A DNA stretch of 64,000 nucleotides from Octopus sinensis (lineage: Eukaryota), in contig NC_043008.1 in assembly GCF_006345805.1 (NCBI RefSeq), positions 69,068,001 to 69,132,000 on the forward strand. Direction: 5' to 3'. The position numbers and the translations under genes are program-made. Below are positions 1 through 10,272 of this stretch, piece after piece. Under the pieces are notes generated by a model, which made no database searches, was not told where the DNA came from, and was given only the letters and a program-made list of their open reading frames with translations. Position 1 is the first letter of the stretch. Each line of letters begins with the position of its first letter.

Positions 1-47
1 TTTACTTTATATATAGTAATATCTAAACCATATCTATTAAAGAACTT
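1..47 (-). mobile_element. Downstream continuation of the Penelope-like RT beyond the LINE insertion
   Basis: Collapsing the ACTT duplication gives the in-frame reading KKKLYK|FFNRYGLDITIYKV. Confidence 0.65.
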
Positions 48-139
48 GATTGATTGATTGATTGATTGATTCTAGTTTCAGCTTATGAGCTGTGGCCATG
101 CTGGGGCACCGCCATTTGGTGTTGCTACTTGGTTTCACT

Positions 140-898
140 TCATGGAGGCTTTCTAGCAACTGCTATTTGGTGCATGAGAGAGTTCGATGCAGCTGCCCTC
201 ATCTGCACCTCCTGCCGTGAAGTTGGTTCATCTGGGACACCTGACAGGAAGAGATCCAGCTTCATTTTAAAGACATCTGTATCCACCCCATGCAGGTCTC
301 TCAGGTTCTTCGGGAGGATATTGAAGAGCTGTGGGCCTCGGAAGCCCAGGCTATCACAGAATCTTGTCCTACATCTTGATGGCAGGTTTGGAGTCCTAGG
401 CACCACGCAGTGGCGCCCAGTTCTGGCATTTGCGTAACTCTCGATGCCAAAGTTCAGGACACTTCCCTCCAGGATCTTCCAGATGTATATTATGGCATAT
501 CTTTCCCGCCTACGCTCCAGGGAATATAATTTTAATCTCTTGAGTCTTTCCCAGTAGCTTACATTCTGCATAGAGGCTATCTTCTTTGTGTAGCTTCGTT
601 GGATCGCCTCAAGTTCTGTGATCAACTTGACACTGGATGGTGACCATAGCTGAAAGCAATAGTCAAAGTGGCTTAGGACAAGTGTCTTCCAGAGGACCAT
701 CATGGTTTCTTGTTCTCTTGTTCTAAAGGTTCTAAGAATCCATCCAGCCAGCCGTCTACATTTCAGTGTCAGTTTAGCAACATGTACATGAAAGGTCGCG
801 TCATCACTCATGTGAATACCCAGGTCACGCACTGATTGTGCCTCTGGGATTGCAATCCCTCCGGGTCCAGTGTATTCATTGGGTATTGCATTCATTTT
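140..898 (-). pseudogene. LINE ORF2 part 3: C-terminal region
   Basis: RDLGIHMSDDATF, GWILRTFRTR, WKTLVLSHFDYCFQLWSP; joined to the RT part by a 1-nt frameshift at 895-898. Confidence 0.9.
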
Positions 899-2011
899 GC
901 ATGCTGATAGTATAAAGCTTGAAACTTTCCAGCATTGAACTGCATGCTATTCTTTTCAGCCCACTTGTATATTTCGTCCAGCTCACATTGCAGGTGTTTA
1001 GTGTCCTCAGGGTTCTGTATTGCCTGTGAAACTTTTGTATCATCTGCATAACTTGTGATCGTGGCTCTCTGCGTGCTGGGGCATGTCTGAGAGGGCCATT
1101 ATGAACAGTAGTGGTCCCAGAACAGTGCCCTGCGGAACACCGCTCACTATTTGTGTGTTAATGGAGGTGGCCCCATTGGCTACTACCACCTGACTTCTAT
1201 CCTTCAGAAAGTCATGAAGCCATTCTCCCAGTTTTCCAACTATGTTGAGATCACGCAGTTTGTGACATATCATTCCATGATCGACTTTATCAAAGGCCTT
1301 TGCAAAGTCGAGATATATCACTTCCACATTTGAGTGGTTGAGCAGCCGTTTCAGCACCCAGTCATAATGTTGTAGGAGCTGAGTTAAACAGCTTCTCCCT
1401 GGTCGGAAACCATGTTGGGTGTCGGGCAGCAAGTCATTCTCTTCAAGGAAGGTGATCAGCTTCCTTCTGACTATTCGTTCCATGACCTTGCTGATGTGTG
1501 AGGTCAGAGAGATAGGTCTATAGTTCTTGGCTTCCGCTCTGCTACCTCCTTTATGAATGGGGCATATTTTACCTTCCTTCAGTTTTCCTGGAAGTTTGCC
1601 AGCTGCAAGGAAGCTCTGAAAGAGGAACTGCAGTGGTCTTGCTAGGACTCTCTTACATGCTTTTAGGAGGATTGCCGGGAATCCATCGGGGCCAGTAGCT
1701 GAGTCTGTTTTCATTTCATCTATAGCCTTGGTTACATCTTCTTCCTTTATATCGATGTAATCTATCGTCGCCGCCTCTGATTTTATATCTGCAGTGTTAA
1801 AAAAGTCAGTTGGATTGGTGATTTGGAGATGCCCAAGGGGTGGAGTGAAAACACTCTTGAATTGCTCATTCAGTATTTCACTTACCCTCATTGGTTTTCC
1901 TGTAAGTGTGCCATCCTTTTCGAGGAGTGGCCCTATTCTACAGTGCACTGTAGCTGTTTCTTTGGCATACCTGTAGAAAGCTCTGGGGTTAGATTTTATG
2001 TTTTCTATAGC
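899..2011 (-). pseudogene. LINE ORF2 part 2: reverse transcriptase domain
   Basis: PIHKGG, NYRPISLTS, QHGFRPGRSC, YLDFAKAFDKVDH, SGVPQGTVLGPLLF. After a frameshift at ~1080 the frame reads TSYADDT (YADD at 1039-1050). Confidence 0.93.
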
Positions 2012-3132
2012 CAGGCTTCTCTGTCTGCTCTTTCTTTTTCATGGGAGAGTTGCAGACATTTTTCGATTTCCAACAGTTTTATTTTTAGGCGGGACTTTTC
2101 ACTGCTTTCAATCTGTTTGTTTAGGCGATTTGAAAATTTCGTACGCCGTCTCATTAAAATTTTCCTCTCTCTGGGGATTTTGTTCTTGTGTACAGTGGCC
2201 TTTCTCTCTGGGACATATTTGTAGCATATGGCTTGCATTACAGACATGAATTGTTGAAGTTTCACGTCGATGTCTGGCGAGGAGAGACATTTAGGCCAGT
2301 TTTGTTTGAGGATCTCTTTCTCAATTTGTTTCCAGTTTGCCTTATGGTAGTTCAAGCTGGAAAGATTTTGAGGGTTTCTTGTAGGCTGCATGTCCGTGCT
2401 CTCTTTTGGCCCGTACATGGTCAGCTCTATCATGTTGTGATCCGAGAGTAGTGTCGGTGTCACTTTCACATTATGGATGAGATCCATGTCATTTGTGAAG
2501 CAGAGATCCAGTGTGTTTCCTGCCCTGGTTGGTTGGAGTATTACCTGCTCCATGTACAGGGTGTTGATGAGGTTCAGGAGGGACCTCGCCTGTCCTCGTT
2601 CACATCTTGTCATTCCTGGGAGAGAAAGGCCCTCGGGCCATCTGACATTGGGCAGATTGAAGTCTCCCATAAGAAGCACACCTATGTGTTGTTCTAATGT
2701 GGTTAGAATTTCTTCTATTTTTATAAGGCAGTCTTCAAACTTGCCCACATGGCTTGGGGCATCTGGAGGGCGATATGTAGCACACACAACTACATCAAGT
2801 TGCCTGATATGTACAATTAGTGTGTCACACACCGAGTTTGAGTATGACAAGAGGACCTGGGGTGTGAGGTCCTCACGGATGTACATAGCAACACCTCCAT
2901 GACTCCTTTCTTTCCTGTCGGTCCGTAGTACAGCATACTGTGGTATGTGTAACTCCGCATCTGTGATGTCCGGTTTCAGGTGCGTTTCTGTAAGTGCTAT
3001 GCATAAGGCTTGATTGCATGCAACAAAGTCTCTCAGGAACGGGATCTTTGTCCTGTTACTGAGTGTTTGCAGTCCTCTGATGTTCAGTAGGAGTATCGAG
3101 GTGAGGTGTACGTTGTTGCCGGCGGTGTCCAT
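2005..3132 (-). pseudogene. LINE ORF2 part 1: apurinic/apyrimidinic-like endonuclease domain
   Basis: LLNIRGL, IALTETHL, RSHGGVAMY, YRPP, LMGDFNLP, TLDLCFTN and SDHNMI are the APE motifs. Frameshift near 2011. Confidence 0.92.
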
Positions 3133-3951
3133 CCTGTGTCTGTTTGCTGTGGTGGTCTGGTATATAGTGGGTAGTCCCACCTGCGGGCTTGGGTTTGATG
3201 AAGCCAGGTCAGCTGCTGTACAATCTTTTGTGCCATGCACAAAAAAGATTGTTGTTCAGCAGCTGCTCTTTCGACATCATGTTGGCTGTTTGTGGCGCGC
3301 ACAACATCTGCGTACCTCCGCTTTGGGGCAGGTGGTGCGTGGTCCATCCCTTTTCTTTGTGTTGATGGTTTGTCCATCTGCCTCGTGTCTCTGTGGCAGG
3401 GTCCCCGATGTGCAAAGCGGCAGCCTGCACCTTCCTTTCCATGCCAGCAGGAACCTCTCAGGTAGAACATACACACCCGTGTGCGCTGTTTGGTTCCATC
3501 CTTTGCGGTTCCACTTCTATTTCTGGTTGTTTCACTCTTTGGTCCTGCTTGAGCTTTTTCTTTTCCTTTAGCTCTTCCAGTCCTTCTTTTAGTTCTTCTT
3601 CCTCCCTCTACCTCTTCACCGGGTTCTCCGTCTCCATGGCCCTTGCTGCCGGTTGGAGAACTTGCACCTGGGTTCACTTCCCGGGCAGGTTTCTCATTCA
3701 AAACCTCCTCCCGGGCGTCCACCAGGTGGGGGTGACTTCTTTCATCGTCTCCATTCTTGCCATCTTTGCTCCGCTCGTTCTCAAAGATGGCATCAAGTGC
3801 GCCAATGTGCGACCGTACAAGCGCATATGAGCGCACGAATTCCTGTCTCTTTCGCTCCATCTGAGCCGCTGTCCTCTTGTAGCCTCTGCTCTTCAGCGCA
3901 GCCGCAATCACCTCCCTAGGGCTATCTCCGCCGGCGCACTCCCATGCTCGT
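3084..3951 (-). CDS. LINE ORF1 (5'-truncated): Myb/SANT-trihelix-like N-terminus, basic low-complexity linker, CCCH-type zinc finger
   Basis: Track ORF 3084-3911; the frame stays open to the insertion junction (RAWECAGGDSPREVIAAALKSRGYKRTAAQMERK). CMFYLRGSCWHGKEGAGCRFAH fits C-x7-C-x8-C-x3-H. Confidence 0.75.
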
Positions 3952-4700
3952 ACTTATATAATTTCTTTTTATATGTTTCAAGTGTTCTATTCGTGCAGTT
4001 TTTGGCTATTAGTAATAGGTCATCTCTGTATAATCCACCTTCTAGTTTTAATTTTTCTTGTTGTAATTCAGATAATAAATAAATTCCTACTAGTTCTGTT
4101 ACCTGTGCTGAATCGGATGTCCCCTTAGGTACATCAAAATATTCCCTAGTATCCTTCTTAGCACATAATATATTATTGTATCTAATCAACTAGTTTCTAG
4201 CCGCTTGAACTACCTTTATTTCATCCACAGTCATTCCAACTTTATTCTTAGCATAACTTATGGCCTCATTAAGTAAAATCCTTATTTTACAGATGAATAA
4301 TAGTTATCAATATCTATTTCAATGAACTTATATTTATTTTTATCTTTAATATTATCAAACCATCCTAATTTGTCTTAGTACCACCCCATAAATTTAAGTA
4401 ATTCATTTTATTCAATTTATTGACATATTTATCTAATATCATTTTACTAGAAATCGACGATTTCTAGTTGTATAATTTTGATTGTCATGCCTTTATATAG
4501 GATGTAAATAGTATAATAGTTTTATATAATCCAGACCTGAAGATTGGCAGTATAGTCGGATTGATATGGTATTGAATTTCGAGACCTTCTATTTCAGTAA
4601 TACCGATAGATATATTGTCATGAAACACGCGTAGTCTATATAATTTAATATATGATTCAGAATAGTAATTCTAGATAGTAATTTTGATAAAATTTAAACT
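3952..4700 (-). mobile_element. Degenerate Penelope-like element RT fragment (YRDD-type, possibly Naiad clade), interrupted by the LINE
   Basis: YFDVPKGTSDSAQVTELVGIYLL...GLYRDDLL (track ORF 3908-4189). Upstream broken frames read WFDNIKDKNKYKFIEIDIDNYYSS and SKMILDKYVNKL. Stops and frameshifts are present. Confidence 0.78.
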
Positions 4701-4772
4701 TAGATATCTCTATCAAAGATAATGTCGTTCAATGTTGTTTGAGTTGCTTGAAGGTGGTTGTGTCTCTTAAAC

Positions 4773-4890
<118 letters not shown>

Positions 4891-4899
4891 CAAAAATGG

Positions 4900-5110
4900 A
4901 TTTACGGTCCTTCTCGAGAAATTAGCTCTTAAGGCCAGTCTCCTGAACTCTGTGACGTATATATTCCTCCACCCAACGTCAGTTTTTTTTTACCAGGGCT
5001 ATAAGTCGTTACCAGCTGAGTGAACTGAACTAACGCGAAATAGAATATTTTACTCAAGAACACAAGCCAGGAATTGAAACTACAATGTAATAATCACTAA
5101 ACTACGCGCG
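4900..5110 (-). mobile_element. Degenerate tRNA-derived SINE, family C
   Basis: ccagctgagtgaactg...tttactcaagaacac...ggaattgaaac is the reverse complement of the family-C head and body seen at 47580-47780. Confidence 0.5.
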
Positions 5111-5557
5111 CGCACACACACATGCACACGCACATACACATACACACACACAAGTATATGCATGTACATCACATTTCTCTGTGTATGTAAATGCATTTAT
5201 ATGTATATACATGTATGTATTTATGTGTGTGAATATGTGTACGTTTATGTGTGTCTGTGTATGTGTGTGTGTGTGTGTTTGTGTGTGTACATTTCCAATT
5301 ATTTATTCAGACATTTTCGTATTCAACTATCATGCATTTCATCTATTCATTAGTCTAAGAAATCATGCTCTGATTCAATGGCATTCAACTTAGATGTGTG
5401 TTCTTCCTTTTCCTCATCCATTCTTATAATTATTTTTACGTGATATAAACTTACTTTTAAGTATGTAACTTATTATTTTTACTTAGGTAAGAACCACAAT
5501 TCTGGAAGTATTCACCCACGACAGCAAAATAGTTTCCACATTAATATTAAACATTAA

Positions 5558-5742
5558 GGAGTTGGTGAGCTAGTAGAACGACCGTTAGCATGTCCCGGAT
5601 ATGCTTAACGGCATTTCTCTCGTATTTTCGTTCAAATTCCTCCGAGCTCGATTTTGCCTTTCATTCTTTAGGGGTGAATAAAATAAGTACCAATTGTACA
5701 CGGGTCGCTGCTGACCTAGTGCCAAAATTTGAAACCAATATT
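5558..5742 (+). mobile_element. tRNA-derived SINE, family A
   Basis: ggtgagctagtagaa...gttcaaattcc...ttttgcctttcat...ataagtacc...gtgccaaaatttgaaacc matches the many other family-A copies in the window. Confidence 0.75.
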
Positions 5743-6399
5743 GCATATTAATTCTTTTGGTAGTAATATATTGAGGTTAGCTTTAGCATTCACTTGTGAA
5801 AAGTACGAACAAATAAGATACACACACACACGCAAATACAAACACTCACACACGCAAATACACACACACACACACGCAAATACACACACACACACATTTA
5901 TAGTAATCTTAACGTTACATTGCTGTTGTAAAAGCAATAAAATTGGTACTTGGAATTATGGCAGAGTAAATAACTATAACTTTATGTCCAGTAAATATAA
6001 AAAAATTTCAATTGAATTCTTATTATCCCAATTTTCATATAACAGTTTCTGGTGGTCTTATTCGGCAATGTCAGAACAAAGAATCGTAAGAGCCAACCGG
6101 AAGCAGATCCGTGGTTAGATGATATCTGTAATCTCAGTTGGATGCACTTGAGAGTCTAACCAGAAAGTCTGAGGGCGGTTGCTTATGATAGAATACATGG
6201 AGGAGGTAGCTAAGCACTCTGTATCCCCACGAAGTTCAAGGAATAGTGGGAGGAGAAGTTGAATGGATGGATAGATGAAATTCTTATTAAAACAGGTATT
6301 ATTTTAAATGAAAAGAAAGACATAATCTATCAACTAACCCCTTCTACCGAAATTACCAGCATTGTGCCAAAATTGGAAACCAATATATATATATAATAT

Positions 6400-6455
<56 letters not shown>

Positions 6456-6482
6456 CATACATATATATATACATATATATAT

Positions 6483-6514
<32 letters not shown>

Positions 6515-6960
6515 GAAATTTATCTCATAAAAATACCCCACATATATATCCAGGACCCACGTTCATGAGTAGAACCGGTTTATTTAAATTTCATATGAAT
6601 CATTTTAGTTGATATTCCATAACCAAAATTTAATATATTTAATCAACATTCTAATGGAATTATCTTCTAATTGTACATCAAAATATTTTCCCCGTCTTTT
6701 CTCTTATTATTCCATCTTCAACACTTTTTTCTATTCCTGCTATCTCCTACATTTGTTTCTTCTTCTTTCAATCCTGCCTGCCCCTTAAACATATATATTT
6801 TTCTTTCTGTCTCTTTAAGCATGAATATAATAAAACATAAATTACGATAGATCTCTGATATACTTCATAAATAAGAAATGAATTGAAAGTCAGCGAGACA
6901 CTGTGCGATCGTACATACATACAAACATACATAAATACGGGTGTGTATATCTATATGCTT

Positions 6961-7010
<50 letters not shown>

Positions 7011-7218
7011 TTATACATATATATATATATGTATATATGCATACATAGATACATATATAGATGTGAGATGTATTACGTATATAATCTTTGGTAGCTTAGG
7101 CACCGCTGGAGGTAATGTTGTTGTCGGAAGTTGCCAAAGTCGTTAAGATCTCCAATCGAGAGGTTATGAAAGCAATGTCACGCTGTGTGAGATTTATAAA
7201 ATATACAGTATTATGTAA

Positions 7219-7252
<34 letters not shown>

Positions 7253-7499
7253 GTTTGTATGTGTCTGGTATCTCTGCGTGTGTATGCAGATAATTATATA
7301 ACGTAGATATATATGTGTATGTGGGGTGGGGTGGGTTGTTTTCGTCTGCAAAGAGATATGCAGATATAAATTTTGTTATACAATTTACAACATACATAGA
7401 ACTCACAAGTACTATATATGCCCATATATGCACACACGCTTATGTATAAGTGTTTATGTAGCGAAATAATTAATTACCCACGTGAATCTCAATAAATAC

Positions 7500-8201
7500 A
7501 CCCTTAAGATGTGGTATGTATATACTGTAAATATAACACACACATGCCCCCCTATATATATGCATATATATATATTATATATATATACATGCATATATAT
7601 ATATATATACATATATATACATACACTACACATATATATACATGCATACATTACAAATATATATATATATATACATACATTATATATAAATACATAGATT
7701 CATAACAGACACACACACACACACACATATTTATATATATATATATATATATACATTGATTCATACATTACACACATACATATATATACATGCATACATT
7801 ACACACACATATATAAACATACATTACACACACACACATATACATATATACATTACACACACACATATATATATGTACATACATACATACTTACACACAC
7901 ACATATATACATGCATACATACATATACATACATATACATACGTATATATACATACAGAAAAACACATATATACATGCACACATATATATTCAAACGTAC
8001 ACACACATATATACAAATATATATACACATGTATACATACACACACATATATACATACATACAGACAAGTATACACATACATGCACACATATATACACAT
8101 ACATATGTACACGCATATATATATATATATATATACACATACATACACACATATATATACATACATATATACATACATACATACATACATACATACATAC
8201 A

Positions 8202-8232
<31 letters not shown>

Positions 8233-8250
8233 GTGACGCATACGTATATA
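7500..8250. repeat. Compound (TA)n/(CA)n/(TACA)n low-complexity array
   Basis: Seen directly; it generates several spurious Y/I/H/T-rich ORFs. Confidence 0.95.
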
Positions 8251-8252
8251 TA

Positions 8253-8632
8253 TTTTCTTGTACTTGATTCAGTCATTAGACTGTATTCATGATGGGGCAC
8301 TGCCTTGTAGAGTTTTACTCAAGCAAATCAATTCCAGTTTTTTTCTTAAAGCGTGATACGTAATCCATCGGTCTCTTTTGCCGAATCCGGAGGTTACCAG
8401 GAAATAAACACACCAACACCGGTTGCCAAGCTGTGGTGGGCGACAAACATAGACCCACACATACACGTACAAACTCTCTGATAAATACATACGACAGGTT
8501 TCTTTCTGTTTCCGTCTACCAAATCAACGCACAAAGTTTTGGTCGACCCGAGGTTATAGAAGTTACACGCAGTAGGATTGAATCTAAAACCATATGATTG
8601 GGAAGCAAACTTTTTACTACACAGTCACACCT
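8253..8632 (-). mobile_element. SINE family B (CORE-like body, LINE-derived 3' tail)
   Basis: Reverse-complement homology to 54950-55425, including the tail aaggcagtgccccatcatg...cagtctaatgactg. Confidence 0.8.
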
Positions 8633-8710
8633 ATTTGTGATCATTTATACATACATACATACATACATACATACATACATACATAAATACATATATACAT
8701 ACATAAACAC

Positions 8711-8830
<120 letters not shown>

Positions 8831-9361
8831 TAAAGATTAAGAAAAAGAGATCAAATTTCAGGAGTCAGACTTCATTCGTCAGTAGATTTCTCAACATCAG
8901 AATACTTCATAGAAAATAAATGTAAATATAAATATGTAGATACAATATAAAATATATAATATAAATATACTCGCATGACATCGTATAAAATTGTATGTCC
9001 GTGTTTGGAATCAATGAGAAAACTATTATACATTATTACTGCATTAATCCAAATTATCAAATAGATGAACAGGTGGTTCAAAATGATTTAAAGAAGAATC
9101 CATAGATAAATCCAGTGAAAGTTCAAATTCTTACGGCCGTTTCAAGAACACGTGGTATGAAATAGGCGAACCATTGCCATCCATCTCAGTTATCCACATT
9201 TCTTTCTTCAGAGATGTCTTAAGAGGATTTAAAAAGATATTTTAAATTCTTAAACATGTTTAAAGATTTAAAAAAAAATTAAAATTTATAGTTTGGGGCG
9301 AAAGTACATGCTGTTCACACGCATGAAATAAAATGACAGGTGTATTTTAGTGTTTAAATAG

Positions 9362-9552
9362 ACTGATAGATCGCTAGGCACTAAACCTTTTTCTATTTTC
9401 TATTCCTGTTTATTTCTGTGTTCCTTTCTGTCGAAGAGCGTAGGCTCGAAACGTAAAAGACTCTCTCACTTCCCGAGCGTTAAACTTATACATCTGTTTG
9501 TTGTTTACACACCCGTCTTCGTATTTTGTTCTTTGTTAAATTCTCACTATAC
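9362..9552 (+). mobile_element. Penelope-type terminal-repeat fragment containing a minimal hammerhead-like motif
   Basis: Homologous to 23111-23325; motif cttt-CTGTCGA-A-GAGC-gtag-GCTC-GAAAC-GTA-aaag at 9424-9459. Confidence 0.6.
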
Positions 9553-9565
9553 ATACATATATATA

Positions 9566-10033
9566 TAAGAGCTTCCTTATGCAATCACAATTGCGCTGGA
9601 CTGGGCATATCGTCAGAATGAGTGACAAAAGAATACCCAGAGTAACCAAAGCCCTCATGTACAGCCAGCTTGAGAGTGGACACAGGAATGTTGGTCGGAC
9701 ATGCCTCAGTTATAAGGACAAGCTGAAGAGTAACCTCTTAGTGATGAAGATAGCTCACAACACCTTTGAGCGAACAGCCTTAGTACGAACAAAATGGAGA
9801 TCGTTGTGTCAAAATGGCATTAAAAACTTTGTTGCAACCAGCATTAATAGGCTTTGGGAGAAAAGCGGATGCAGATATACCACCTACACTGACCTCTAAT
9901 CCTCAGACTTTGTGGCCTTCTTCGCAAATCGTTGGTGGGACTTAAATGTCACATTAAACATAAGCATTATGACTGACAAAGAAAGTGTACATTGCCCGAG
10001 CCTCATACGTCGAACCCGACAGGTGAGACCATC

Positions 10034-10035
<2 letters not shown>
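9566..10035 (+). mobile_element. 5'-truncated RTE-clade LINE 3' fragment
   Basis: QLRWTGHIVRMSDKRIP...LMYSQLESGHR...YKDKLK...RTKWRSLC is the RTE C-terminal signature; ends in a (TA)n tail. Confidence 0.85.
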
Positions 10036-10080
<45 letters not shown>

Positions 10081-10134
10081 ATATCTGACTAAATGTGCTA
10101 GGTTAGTTGAAATATGTTTGTCACAACTGCTAAA

Positions 10135-10178
<44 letters not shown>

Positions 10179-10208
10179 ATATATACATACATATATATAT
10201 ATATATAT

Positions 10209-10272
<64 letters not shown>

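Larger units (their letters stand above)
48..3951 (-). mobile_element. Young, slightly 5'-truncated non-LTR retrotransposon (CR1/L2 superclade LINE) with (AATC)n tail and candidate 4-bp TSD
   Basis: ORF1 and APE-RT ORF2 on the minus strand. 3'UTR ends in (AATC)n (plus-strand ATTG repeats, 48-70). ACTT at 44-47 and 3952-3955 flanks the element. The C-terminal motifs (LEAIQRSYTK, YWERLKRLKLYSLERRR, LDLFLSGVPDEP) are typical of CR1-like ORF2. Confidence 0.93.

Noticed and set aside
66-3919. Plus-strand ORFs overlapping the LINE
   Set aside because: Antisense shadows of a GC-richer TE coding region, with no recognisable motifs.
3952-4700. Possible selenocysteine (UGA) recoding, as reported for some Naiad PLEs
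   Set aside because: The stops I could place in frame are TAG/TAA and there are frameshifts; this is simple decay.
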